From Chrysomallon squamiferum (Eukaryota > Animalia > Mollusca), in the NCBI GenBank assembly GCA_012295275.1, contig CM022676.1, positions 434,001 through 498,000 of the forward strand: a stretch of 64,000 nt of DNA. Reading direction: 5' to 3'. The notes beneath the pieces are model-generated. The model did no database searches and was not told the origin of the DNA. It was given only the letters and a program-made list of their open reading frames with translations. This document shows, in pieces, positions 28,716 through 43,746 of this stretch. Positions within the stretch are counted from its first letter, which is position 1. Each line of letters starts with the position of its first letter. Position numbers and translations under genes: made by a program.

Positions 28716-29525
28716 GTTTATTATATAAATGACATTTTGTGCAGTAAAAGATTTAACTTCTGCCTTGATCGTTCGTCATGGAAAGACTGTTAAGTCTATT
28801 TCTCGGTCAGAAAAATCCTTAATTAATCGTTACCATGAAAGTGTTCTGAGGTATTATCAAAAATTAATTAATTTAATTCCATTCATTATGTTTTTACTAA
28901 TATTTTACGGGGTGAGGCTAAAAGGTAACTTTTAGCCTTTGTTTACGTTTAAAAATATAAACGAAGTGCTGGTTGCTATCTGGAAACTAACGTGTTTAAA
29001 TTAAAGATACTAATCTAGAAACAGTCAATTTATCATATTCTGTTAAATAAAATTTGTTATCAACAAAGATTGTTGTTGGTACTGAACACTTCTGTTAGTT
29101 GACCTATTCAAAGAATTAGTCACGAAGAATGATATAGTTCTTTTCTACATATTTTCTCAGTAGAATAAATGAATGAATGAATAAGTAATCAACCAGGTTT
29201 ATCAGGTTTATAATTAATTTTATGATAATTATTTAATTAATACAGAGACGAAATTCTGGCAGAGTGTGTTTATACTTAAAAGCTGTGTGGTATGTAAACA
29301 GGGCGATAGGATTACAAACACTTTAAATAAGCGAGTAGGTAAAGATATATTTTTTTAATAGTTCATTGTGTACACAGAAGATAACCGTTCACATGTTTGA
29401 CAAACTGGTCAGCTGGTAGTCTAGTAAAACAGAAATTTAATTTTAAAAATCCAATATACTTGTACATGTGTTTTTTTTTTTTTTTTTTTTCTCTGTGCTC
29501 TCTTTTTTTACTGGGCTTTTATGTA

Positions 29526-29908
<383 letters not shown>

Positions 29909-30639
29909 TAGTGATACACAAATACGCTAAGATGTACTTGGTTGTTGTTTGCTTAGTAAGATTAATCACACAAAAATTAATCTAAAAATCAAACAAAATC
30001 CTTCTTTAACTTTGCTTTGGTCGGTTTTGAAATACTCTTGTCCTGCAATTGAAAACCCCCAACAAAAAACATAATAATAATAATAAAAATAATAATAATA
30101 CTAATAAAAATTAAAATAAAAGAATAATCATTCTATTCCAAATAACACAATTCGTTTTTGACTGTTATGGGATGTAATAAATAAATAAGAAAGAAAATTA
30201 TTTATTAGCAATTGTAATCAATCAAATTTCAAATACAAATTGAAAATATGTCACGGCTGAAGAAAATATACAATTATATGCCAAGAAAAATAGATTATAT
30301 AATACAATCATTATAGCTATAAAGAAGAATATAAAAATATAATAAAATATAAACTATATTTATTTTTAAATATTAGTAAACAGAAAAAGGGAAAAGATAA
30401 AGAAGAATAAAAACAAACAAAGAAACACCCCTCCCTTTTATTAACTTTATGAAAATTCAGTTTTGTAGGTTATGCAAACTGCACAAGAAGAAATGTAAAC
30501 TTTTAGTTATGTACAAAACATCTGACCAAATATAACCCTCTTAAAATTCGATATTGATTACACATATCACCTGCATGAATTATATTATCATGTTTTCCAC
30601 ATGTGTACATTATATGAACAATAATCGAAGCCATACAGA

Positions 30640-30685
30640 TATATATAAATAATGGTACGTCCAAAACGACCAGTTTAGAGCAGTG
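30640..30685 (+). promoter_or_regulatory. Putative TATA box and initiator of the secreted-protein gene
   Basis: atatataaat at 30641-30650, CAGT ~30 nt downstream (30671), and aaccATGg Kozak context at 30692. Confidence 0.5.
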
Positions 30686-30691
30686 TTAACC

Positions 30692-32351
30692 ATGGAGAAC
30701 CTGTTTTTATTATGCTTATGTTTTCTTGTTGTAACGTCCGCCGACAACTTTCAGCGCACCATAGTGGTGATACACAAGAAAACGTCCCCCAGCGAGTACT
30801 TGTTTCTGCGAGGCGGTGATGAGCGAGGAGAGGGAATTCCAATACGACAAAGAATAAAACCAGAACAGGAAAGGTACGAAGCAGACGTAAAGTATTTAAA
30901 ATAAAAACCTAATTAAATAATATAACTTTTATTTAATTAGGTTTTTACTTTTATTTTCATAATTTGTTATTTTTAAACACATTCAGTCACATTTCTCTCT
31001 CTATATATATTTAGTTGTTTTTATAATCAGCATTCACTTATTTTGTCTTTCTATGTTTCGTATATAATTATTCATGTTTTGCAGTAGCAAATTCAGCGTT
31101 CTGTCTCAGGGGGACACAACTCTGGACTGGAAAGACAGAGAAAAGAGACAACCCGGACAGGCCTTCGGAACGCCGATGATGTGGACAACGAATGACCGGT
31201 GTGTACCTCTGTAGCGTGTCTTCTCATCATCAACGACGACGATGATGATAATGATGACGATGGCGATGACGATGATGATGATTGTAGTAAAGACAAAATT
31301 AATGATGATGATAATAATGATAATAACAATGATGATGATTATAAAAAAGAAACCATTAATGATGATGGTAATAATAATGATGATGATGATAACAATAATA
31401 ATAATAATAATGAAGACTATTATGATATTAATGTTGCCGATGTTCACAGAATGAATATGACGATGATAACTGCGACGTCGTCAGTGATGATGATGATAAA
31501 CAAATTAGTGAATGTTGACTTCTTTGCTGATGTAAACACATTTTCATATTAATGTTTTCTAGGAACAGATTTCTACAGCACTACTACTATTCCTGCTTTC
31601 ACTTTACTACTATTACTAGTACTACTACAACTTCTGTAACTGCTTCTGCTACTATATTATTATTATTATTATTATTATTATTGTTATTATTATTATTATT
31701 ATTATTGTTATTATTATTATTGTTATTGCTGCTGTTGTTGTTGTTGTAATTATGACTATAATTATGATTAGTTACTGCTATTATTGTTGTTGTTCTGATA
31801 GTTGTTTTCGTTATTGTGATGCCGTTGATGTTGTTATTAGATCGTACAAACTGGACATCACACACGATGGTGCGGGTTACTTTGATATAAATATCGCCAC
31901 TGATCACATGTGGGTTGTGGACGTTGACATGGACTGCGACAAAACACGAAACGGCTGGTTTCAGTACAAGGTAAGAAGACAGCAGCTAATTTATTCAGAC
32001 AGAGATTACAGATCAATCAGTGAATCCAAAAACAATCAAAAAACAAAAAACAACAAAAGAAAACAACGAAATATGTCCTGTACTATCCGTCTTATAATAA
32101 CACGTATACATAACTGCTGTTTTATTTTTATCATTTATTTTGATCTTCCTAAACGTTTTATGTTCTAAACAGGTAATGACAACATGATAGTCTGTCAACT
32201 GCTTTTGTTTGTTTTTTTTTCTTTTTAATTCACTGTACAAGCATGCGTGACACCTTGCACCACTGACCACAGCACAGGCTCCAGTGTGCCGTGCTTTCAC
32301 TTTGTTTTCAGTTTGAGCAGCGAGTAAGCAGAATTTCTTCTTCTTCTTCTT

Positions 32352-32382
<31 letters not shown>

Positions 32383-33838
32383 TTATTATTATTATTATAA
32401 ATTACTTTGAGAGTTGAGCGATCATCTTTCTCTCGGTTCACCCTGCAGTAAACACAGATGTAACGTGCATGCTGAGCATCTACTTCGTTCGTTTCTTGCA
32501 AAGATGTTCTTCGTTGTCTTCCTCACTGGATGAACCGCTGAACTCGGTGAGAGTCCAGTTCACACATTTCATCATCAGCTGTGTTAAACACACCCATTAC
32601 ACAACCCGTGTTACATACACGTTGTTTTAACTGCGTCGTTGTGAAAACCTCTCTGTTGTCAGACGTAGCAACGATGACGTAGTACCTCAGTATCTTACTT
32701 CTTTTTTCGATATTTTCTTTCTTTCTTTCTTTTTTCTTTGTTTCTTTGTTTAGTATTTCTTTCTTTATTTCTTTCTGTTTATTTGTTTCTTACTTTCGTA
32801 TTATTATTATTATTATTATTATTAATATTTTTTAAATATTGTTAATAATCATAGATTGTTTATTCAGTCAGCGAATTATCAAGGAAACATTTGGTTAAAG
32901 AACTTAGAAAGTTCATCTCATATATTTTGGGTTTACAGTTGTTCATTCTGAATTGTATCTTCCTAGGATAATGCTAAAAATCGGGTTAGTCAAAATTAAA
33001 CATTTTGTAAGTATTTTTATAGAAGAAAGTGGCGCGCACACATTTTCAAACTTTAATCTTATGTGGTTTCATCTCGTGATCGATTAAGATTATCAGCAGT
33101 TAGAAGAATGCAGCATTTTTAAAACTTATTCTCCTTTTTATTAAAATTACATTTTGAGAACTGATAACAATAGTCTTTCCAGGTTTAACTCAGAGACAAC
33201 AGCAAACACTGAGAAAATAAATCAGAGATGTGTAACACGTTTATAGCGACATCGATGCACATATAAAATATTTTATTAGAATTATCAATGTTTGCAACGT
33301 AATGTTTTATTTTTACCTTGTGACCAACTATTTTTAAAATGATCTGATACCCGGGTCTGACCTGTCTGCGAGTCTAACTACACACCCAGTGCAATGAAAT
33401 GAAATAAAAAAACAAAAACAAAACAGAAATAAATAATTTTTCTTACCTGCTGATTATTTTATTTTGTTTTGTTTTAATTTAATTTAATTTAATTTAATTT
33501 ATTTTAATTAATTTATTTAGGGATTCATAACACAAAATGGACGTCCTAAATATGAAAAGAACACATACAATGGGTGGGAACAAGTAAGGGGAGGCAACTT
33601 CTGTGAAGGAGAGCTCCTTCCAAATGGTGAGAATTTCCAACACGGATTCAGCTGGGTGGACAAACAAAACCATTTAGGAAAATGCGGAGCTTTCAATTAT
33701 GTTTCCTGGGGCAACGGAACTTCATGTTTCATCCATTCAGTTGAGTTCGTTGAAATGCTGGCACACGGAATTGATCCGTCACCAGAGGGCGAGTTTTACG
33801 ACGACACGGAAACAATAGAGGAACCGATGGAAGAGTAA
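30692..33838 (+). CDS. Secreted protein (247 aa) made solely of an alpha-amylase C-terminal propeptide-type domain (P. haloplanktis AHA C-terminal domain family)
   Basis: Exons 30692-30873 (phase 2), 31085-31198 (phase 2), 31841-31970 (phase 0), 33521-33838; 744 nt in frame. Signal peptide MENLFLLCLCFLVVTSA. Motifs in family order: [74 protein letters not shown] at ~33872. Family assignment from remembered motifs, not a search. Confidence 0.85.
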
Positions 33839-34763
33839 CTGTATTTGCGCTTTGACGAATCTTGTTTACAAAATAAATTGACAGAAAAATAATTGTCATT
33901 TTTAAAGAAATGTTACCTTGTTGTTGTTGTTTTTTATATTACTTGTCGATAAATAACACACGCACACACACACACACAGCCGCAAACACATACATACATA
34001 CATACATACACATATGTACACACAAAAACACACATTGATACACACACACAAATACATAGTATACACATACATACACATATACATGAGCACTTATCAGAAA
34101 CAAGTAAATAATGATTTTGATTTTATGGTATCTTAGAGAGAGTGAGAGAGTGAGAGAGAGAGAGAGAGAGCGAGAGTTAGCTTTGTTATCGATAGCAAGC
34201 ATAGTTTGCGGAAGTACCGTAAACAATACTGTGACCTCATTCATCGTCATTTTTTATATATCACATGGAAGTAAAACTATTATGTTTTCATGTAAACGAA
34301 AACAAAAAAGTAAGTATAGTTTTGTTTATTACAAAGTCAATAAAAATAATTGAAAATATTGATCATTCTCTTAACTTCAATAGTTCAACACTTTCAGTGA
34401 AAACAACAAGTAGAATAAGCAGAAATGAATCTAACAAATTTCCACTTAGAGCAGTACATGTTAAAAACTCTTCTCGATTATTATTATTATTATTATTATT
34501 ACTATTATTATTATTATTATTTTCGTTGCTGTCATCATTGCTATTTTTTTTGCTTTTGTTGTTGTTGTTATTAACGAGTTAAATGTAACAGAAATATCAA
34601 ATGTGACTCAGTCTGATGTAGAATTTTTCTTTTATTTATTCTTGTTGCTGTTGTCATTAACCAGCTAAATCGGATAGAAACGGCAAACATTACTCAGTCT
34701 GATGTAGACTTTTCTGTCTGTTCTCTAGAATGATCTCTTATAAAAGTGAAAACCGTCTTCAGC

Positions 34764-34913
34764 TCAGTTTACTGCCACTTTTATCGTCTTTGTATCTCCT
34801 GTCACTAAAACCACCACACTGCCAGCTGAAACTCAAACATACAACAACACTGTTCATAATACAGTCACCATAACAACGCGTATCATGACGAAGATGATGA
34901 AGATGACAACAAC

Positions 34914-34949
<36 letters not shown>

Positions 34950-34966
34950 TATTATTATTATTATTA

Positions 34967-35002
<36 letters not shown>

Positions 35003-36027
35003 GTAGTAGTAGTAGTATTGCTGTTGTTGCTTTTATTTTAGTTATAAATATTTGCATTAATATTCTGTTTGTCTATCTGAACCTGCGTATGTAGATATAT
35101 AATGAATGTGTGAATGCACGAGTGTGTGTGTGAATCAGTGAAAATACCTTTCTGACTGACAAGCTGGAGTTGTTCATACTCGTGCTGTTGTTGTTGACAC
35201 TCACGCTGTTGATGTGGACACTCACGTTGTAGTTGCTGATACTCGTGCTGTGGTGCAGGCTGGAGACTGGTGTAACGGTCTCTCTCTTCACCTGATCCTG
35301 TCTCTGTGACCGAGTCATCTAAACAAACACATCTGTTGTTCACTGACATCTTACATACACTACTAGTGTCACTTACATTAGTATTACTTCTACTTCTGTC
35401 TCTACTACTGCTGCTATTGTTATTACTACCTCTACTGCTTCTAGTGCTATAATAGCCATTGTTAATACAACAAAACACATTACCACTGATATTTACATTA
35501 GTATTTGCTCCTATTACTTATTCTTTTATTTATTACTGTATCGTTGCTAATAAATTGTCACCGTAAATATTATTATTACTACTACTTCCTCTACTACTTC
35601 TACTACTTCTGCAACTTCTCTACTGTTGCAGCTACTGCTACTATTGCTGTTGCTCTATCATTACTGCTGTTCACATTATCACTAATAACTATTACTGTTG
35701 TTACTCTGTCACCTCTACAGCTGTTACTACCACTACACTCCTTTTACTACTACTACTACGACTGTTACTGTGACTACTACTTCTACTATTACAATATTAA
35801 TTCACTGACTACAGCAGCATGAACAAAAACGAGAAGTACTATTTACTATCATAATTACTGTTATTGTCACTACTTCATCTACAACTGTAAATATTACTAC
35901 TACACCTATTACTATTACTACTACAACTCCTAAACAAACATCATTAACTCGTTAGTAACGACCACAATAAATAAATAAATACTTAAATAAATATATAAAT
36001 AAAATGAGATTATTATTATTATTATTT

Positions 36028-36065
<38 letters not shown>

Positions 36066-36279
36066 GAAGCTTTGGTAGAATTTGTGTTAATTTGTTCTCT
36101 GGTATTAAAGCAGATATAACAATGACCTGAAGTTTCTTCGTGTTCACTTCTGTCCGACTCAGAGACACTGTAATGAAAAGAGACACGTGACCAGGATAAC
36201 ATTAGTATAAAGAACAGATTATCTTATCTTCTCCTAATTTTCAATATTAAACGTACTGACAACATGAGACAACATTATA

Positions 36280-36334
<55 letters not shown>

Positions 36335-36613
36335 GAAAATTAATACATTTTTAAGAAATATTATTTATTTCAGTGTGTGTTTGTATGAAAAGAGTTATAG
36401 ACAACAACAACAAACAAAAAAAATTAAGAAAGAAAAAAAGAGAAAAATTAAGAAGGAAAACAATTCCTGAGCATGCATTTTTTTTTTGTATCTAAAGCTT
36501 TGCGTGCACATTCATGTGTTGTTCAAATTGAAATTTACCTGAATTTCTGACTTTTGTTTGACTTAGTTGAACCTGAAACAATAATAAAAAGCATAAAAAT
36601 AACTATAGTAATT

Positions 36614-36703
<90 letters not shown>

Positions 36704-37054
36704 TGTAATGCGGTTTGAAACATTAAATAAGTAATAACTAGTAATAACAAGAACACTAATACTACTAATAATGATAAGTAAGTTAGTAAGTAAGTAAATA
36801 AACTGAGGCACATCTTTTTGTTCGTAAGCACATGAAGATCATTATTCCCATGACGACAGAGATAACAATGGCTACTGCTAGAACGATCTCAAAATGTCCA
36901 TCAGTTAATTTATTCTCAGCACTGGTGTCAGCTGAAACAGAGTGCAAACAAACACTTAAATAAACAAAGCTAAAATAAACAACAAAAATAAGGTGAAACA
37001 ATTAATAAGCACTTTAATTTATAATATGAGTCATACACCCACATTAATTGTACG

Positions 37055-37095
<41 letters not shown>

Positions 37096-37522
37096 CTGTC
37101 ACTCTGTTTGTCTTTATGTCTGTCTGTACATCTATGTAGCTGTCGAATGTCTGTTTATTTGCCTTCCTGCTGTCAATTGATCTAGCTACCTGTCCGCTTC
37201 ACTGTCTGTCTGTCTGTCTGTTGTCTGTCAGACACCTTGTCTATTGAAATACATGTAAATATAAATGTAAACAGGTAGGTTAAAAGGTAAATGTAGACAA
37301 AACGGTATATCTAGATTGTCCGATATAGATAAAACAAATATGTTCAAATCGTCAGACAGGTTAAGTTATAGAAAGAGTAGTATTTAAGTTTGTTTGATTT
37401 ATATTATTATTATTATTTTTATTTTTAAATTTTTATATTTTATCGAACAGTTTAATAATAAAATAGAAAACAATACAAAATTATTTACCCTTTGTGTGTT
37501 TTTGTTCTAAATAGACCAGCAT
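34764..37522 (-). CDS. Candidate small transmembrane adaptor (153 aa) with ITAM-like YxxL-x7-YxxL
   Basis: Exons 37522-37489 (MLVYLEQKHTK, G|gtaaat), 36931-36812 (TM IVLAVAIVISVVMGIMIFMC), 36572-36539, 36167-36127, 35318-35148 (YTSL, YQQL, YEQL), 34825-34764. All phases are compatible, 462 nt with no internal stop. First and last exons are the least certain, and the TM-exon donor (gtgcct) is weak. Confidence 0.6.
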
Positions 37523-37958
37523 AGCTTGCACGAGTTTCGCGGACAAGTATTTCTAAATACTCGTCACATTCGCGTTAAAGAGCACGGAACAACCACGCCT
37601 CTGTTTACTCTTAAAGTACATGATAACACTGAACTGGCAGCTAGTGCGCACATTGACGGTGGTTTATGAATTATCTGCTCTTTCAAATCTCTACACAAAA
37701 AAGAAATAAAACATGTGAACAAGTTTTGAGATAAACCTGCTTGTCAGTTGAAACGAAGATATAAATAACACAGTCGTTATTTATAACATAGTTATATGAC
37801 AAACAACTTGTAAAACGGGAATTTCTTGTCACAACGACCCGTGTTGTAAATTAAAAATCTGAGAACGTGTATTGCTTTCCTGTCTAAAATAGTCTTATTT
37901 ACAGGTTTTTAACAACACTAAGTCTTCACTCGAATAACTGTTTAAATTATTTTTGGCC

Positions 37959-38002
<44 letters not shown>

Positions 38003-39012
38003 TACTATTCATCAATTATTTAAAACAATTTTTAACTGCAGAGTTGTCTCACTTTATATAAACAGAACAATCTTTCCGAATATTGTGATAATGAAATTTC
38101 CTGCATCACAAATTGTGAACGTTATAGACAGGAAGTAGACATTCCAAATTCGATATAAAGAAATCCTGACAGCAGTATTTATCTGAGAGCAGTATTCCAG
38201 CGTCTGTTATGTATAAAAGCGCCATGAATATTAATGAAGTAACTTAAAGAAGTCATTTCACAACTAAGCATTTCTCAAGCAAACTAGTCATTCTCAGTCG
38301 CTATCGTTTGACTCTTTAATTAGATTTATTTTGTTCTTTGACCAGAAACAGAACCTCAGAAGGAAATATGCACGATGGAGTTTGATTCTCAACAATCAAC
38401 ACGGTTTCTAAATTTGTAAATCTTTCTTCTTTTTCTTTTTTCATAACAGTATGATAAACACATACGGAAAAGAAGCAAGCATACAACATAAAGTTTCATA
38501 CAATTATCTCTATGCTTAATTTCTTTTGCCTTTGTTTAATTTCTAAATATGTTAGAAATATATGCCTACAAATAAATAATTTTATGTCTTAGGTTATAAC
38601 ATACCCAAACGATCAAAGATATATCTCAAGACATAAATTTAAATATATTTTAATAATAATTAATTACTATTATCAATTATTTAAAACAATTTTTAACTGC
38701 AGAGTTGTCTCCAAACAATTTTTTTTCGAAAGATACAAACTGTGAACGTTAAGACAGGAAGTAGACATTCCAAATTCGATATAAAGAAATATTTATATAT
38801 AGCTATATATAACATATTTAGGAATTAAATTATGTATAGCCAAGGTTGATAACAAAGAACAGACAGGCTATTTTCTACCGATTCACATCAGAAATTTGTT
38901 CGTTTTCTGTCTTATTTCAGATATTTTTTTAAACGTATTTATTTATTCTTTTCATCAAAAAAGTCATACAACCTATCTCGAGTATATATGTATTTGTGTG
39001 AATGAGAATATG

Positions 39013-39055
<43 letters not shown>

Positions 39056-39734
39056 ATTTTGTTTTGTTTACTAAGACAAACATTTGACTAACTGAAGCTA
39101 TACACAAACCACATGTAACTATTCTGACTATTGGCAACTCGAAGACTGTTATGTATAGGATCGTTATTACGTTATGAAAACACCTTATCAACACCTTATT
39201 ATTAACTACGAAATTACGTCATGACAACGTAACTAAGTAACCACACATTTTACGTAATTATAACGCAATTAAAACTGTGTAATGAAAACGAAACTATAAC
39301 TGAATAATTAGTTTATTATAACTTGATGTTAGAGTGTGTATATTACAGACAGTACATTTCAGAAAAAAAAACAACAAACAACAACGTCCAAATAGTATTA
39401 AACTTGACTGTTTTGTTGTTAAATATATTTATATAAATATGGAATATATCGATATAGATTTTCTTAGAATTATGAAGATAGCAGTTTAAATTATGTTACA
39501 GATTAACATATGTCCTGATGAAACCTAGACTAGTGTACTCGAACTAACATTAACAGTCAATGTAGCAACTTACAGCACAACCAGGAAACACAATCACAGT
39601 GGAAGTAAGAGTAGGAATAGTAGTAGCAGTTGTAGTAGTAGTAGTAGTAGTAGTACTAGTAGTAGTAGTAGTAGTAGTAGTAATAAAAATAATAATGATC
39701 ATAACAATAACAATAACAATAAAAATAATAACAA

Positions 39735-39828
<94 letters not shown>

Positions 39829-39829
39829 A

Positions 39830-41432
39830 GTGACAGTCTCTGGATACAGTGTCATGTATTCCCTTCTTGTCTCCATAGCGTTCTTTGAAACAGAGAAATA
39901 CATACATACATTCATATATAAAACAAATAAAAGAAGATAACAAAATAGAAAAAACCCCAAAAAAACCCACAAAAAAAACCCCAAGAATTCAAAATACAAT
40001 AAAAGCTGATTAAAAAGAATAAAAATATGTATAAAATATTTACTTTGGAAAAGTGTGAAAACCCACACATAAAACAAAACAAATGTCCGGCAACACGTAG
40101 TTCAGCTGCAGCCGCTGGTTCTCACTGAAACAAAGTTTAATCAAAGAACACTAAAATAGCTCAAAGTCTTAACGAGAGTTGTATTCTAACTACTGAAGTC
40201 TGCTGATGTTAAACACACAGTATACAGTAACCTATTTAATCTGTATGAAACGGTTACTAAAGCCGTGTTTGAATGTATTAAACTTTCTGGTGTAGCTTTA
40301 GTTGTGTTACCTACCATAACATTCCCCTGACTTAACAACAATCTTATTTCTCAAACCAAACTTTAGAATGAAATAATATGTATTAAATTAAGATATCTGA
40401 GATCAAGACAAAACATACTCACACTGAATAAGGTTTCTAGATTTTTTCATTTTCGTGTTTTTGTCAGACGTTTTTAAATATAGTGAGCCAATTGTGTCCA
40501 GCATATTTTTATACAAGTAATATCCCCAGAATCCTGCAATCAGAGTGAGATACAGAGGTAATCAGAAAGACAGATAAATAGACAAATATACAAATATATA
40601 CACACACAAACACAGACACACACGCAGAGAGAGAGAGAGAGATAGATAGAGAGAGAGAGAGAGAGAGATGTAAGTAGTAGGTGTGTGTGTCTGTATGTTT
40701 TATATGTATGTATACATACATTTAGATATATAGATACATCGAAAGAGAAACAGAGCTGAGGATTTATAGATAGAGAGAAAGATAGAAGTTTATTTATTTA
40801 ATTATTCATTTATTATAAAACGTACAAGATTATTATTTTCTTTATTTTATTTTATGGTTTTAATGGAACCCCAACCAAACAAACAAACAAAAACAAAAAA
40901 AAAAAAAAAAAAAAAAAAAAACAAACAAACTTAAGTCACAGCTAATTTAACATAATTATACGTGAGTCAAAAACCCAAATTGCTACTTAAAACTTGATTC
41001 AGTGTGTTGTGTCACATATTTTATTTTTACCTTCAAGTGACACAGTTAATTGCGTCGTCTCGCCTCTACATCCGAGTGTGTTACACGCCACGACCCGCAC
41101 CAAGTAACGTCTGTTTGTCTCCAGCTCACTCAGTTCGGTAGTGTGCGTAGACTGGTTTCCTGCTTCTAGGAATTCGTCAGCGTTCGTCCACGTCGACGTC
41201 GTGTTAAAACGATACTGGACTAAAAACCATTGTCCATGTCCGCCATTGAACTCTTCAGTCCAGGAAACACAAAAAGAAGTTGGACCATTCCGGTATGCTT
41301 TGACGTTAGACGGAACAGTCGGAAGTCCTGTTCAGTTTTAAAGTTGAAATACTCTGTTTAAAACTTTCATTCATTCATTCATTGGCTTATTCATTTATTC
41401 AGTCTATCTATTTGGTGTCTATCTATCGCTCG

Positions 41433-41464
<32 letters not shown>

Positions 41465-42547
41465 GTTTTCTTTCTTTTTTCTATCACATTTTTATCTATA
41501 TGTCCGTACAGCTGTATTTATATACACATACAATGATGAATGAACGTATTTATATCACGTATGTTTGTATGTATATATGTATACATAAACTTAAAACACT
41601 ACTCATGCTTGCGTGTGTCTCTTTCTATACATACATTCATAAACACGTGATATACATACATATATTCATACATACATATATGCACGTACATATATGTTTA
41701 TACATATCTATCTATCTATCTATCTATATATATATATATATATATACACACACATACATACATACGTATATACAAACGTATGTATAAATGTACAGAAAGA
41801 AAGAAAAAAAAAAATAACAGTAACAAGCCCCACAGCAAACAAACAAACAAACAAACGAACGAACGAACGAACGAACGAACAAACATGAACACGCAAACGA
41901 AAATCAGGTTTCTCACCGTCTGTGTCAACAAACAGCGTCACAAGAAGATCTGTTGACGAGTCTCCATTTGACACGATCACGTGATACACGCCAAACTCTT
42001 CTGTTTGAACATTTTACAAAGTGTAATAACCAACAGCTGATGCATATCTCTCATTAAAGACTGAGCTGCCAACACCCAGTCTTTCGATGATTTCGTCTGT
42101 CGTTTTGAACCAGGTAAAAACGGGTTCCGGATTCGCTATTACTGACGCATTCAGAGTCAAGTTTTTGCTGGTTCTTGTTGCTCTCTTTCTGTGGAATGGA
42201 ACTCGACGGTCAAGTCTTGGAGAACCTGAAACGATAAATAGATACAAAATCTACTTGAATATAAATCACTGCATCCAGTTTTCTTGTAATTATTTGGATT
42301 AATGAAAGACGGATGTGTTTTATTTAACGATAAATATTTTAAATTTATTGTCATTTGGTGTCAACAGTAAGATTAAATATATATATATATATATACATGA
42401 AGTCGAAATATCTGTCGCGCGTGGCAGCCTACTGTTGAACACACACGCAAGTCACAACATAAAGAAACAGTCAAATACACATATATATTAAGTTACACAC
42501 AGTCAAACAACAAAAACATATACCCAAAGAAAAATACAAACATACAG

Positions 42548-42632
<85 letters not shown>

Positions 42633-43503
42633 TACACATACATATACATTCATACATACATACATACAAACAGATATACAGGATGACAGATTAGTTATAA
42701 ATGTTATCAAATCAGCTGTCATAAGACATGTCAATACTTGAATTAATATCTTACATTTAACAACAAGCTGCACGCTTTGATTGACATCAGACTTGACGTT
42801 GTTTCCTGCTTCACAAGTGTAAAATCCTGTATCCAGACATCCAGCTTCATTCCAGCTGTACTCCACTGACTTGGAGTTGTTCACTTCACGTAGAATGTGT
42901 GAGCTGTTTAACAGTTTGATGTGCGATGCTGGATTACTGTCACCTTCACATCTCAGATCCATGGGAGTCAGCTCATGAACTGTTAACTTTGTAGACTTCG
43001 AGTTCAACGTCAAAGATGTGATAGAAGTTTGGTCTCTAAATAAAACAAAATACGTAATAAAATATAATGTTTTACTAAAACAAAGGCGAGCAATATTATC
43101 TTTGTAGCTTCGTACTAAGCGTAAAAAGTCAATGAGAAAAAAAATATTATCATGATGTATGACCTTACCTTTTAATAAATCATCCAAATTAAATATATGC
43201 TAATAACTTTATTATTAAATAGAATACGAATATCACAAATGATCAGGAAAAAAATCAACTATTTATACACAACTACAAGATCTAGACAACATTAACTACT
43301 TCTAGACAACAACCAAACCTAGAAAACATGATATATTACAGCTTATAAATGTGCTTCCTCATCTAAAATCTACTGTCACGGAGAGACAGGATAAAAGATA
43401 GTTACTGTTTACCAGATTAAAAAAAAAAAAAATAAATGTAAGAAAAAATGCCGAAAAACAAATGTCTGTGCAAATAATGACAATAATGATTATGATGATG
43501 ATG

Positions 43504-43551
<48 letters not shown>

Positions 43552-43672
43552 TTAAAATTAAGAAGAAAAATATAAGAAAACAATTAACAAACAACAACAA
43601 CAACAATAATAATAATAAAATTTAAAAAGTTACAAAAAATCAAAATAACGTTAACTCACTTTCGAAAATGAA

Positions 43673-43746
<74 letters not shown>

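Noticed and set aside
30874-30904. Donor at GAC|gtaaag (30886) or ORF end 30904 for exon 1
   Set aside because: Phase 0 is incompatible with the phase-2 start of exon 2; the AG|gtacga donor at 30873 fits.
31093-31907. Poly-D/N/I/L ORFs
   Set aside because: Trinucleotide (GAT/AAT/ATT) microsatellites in an intron.
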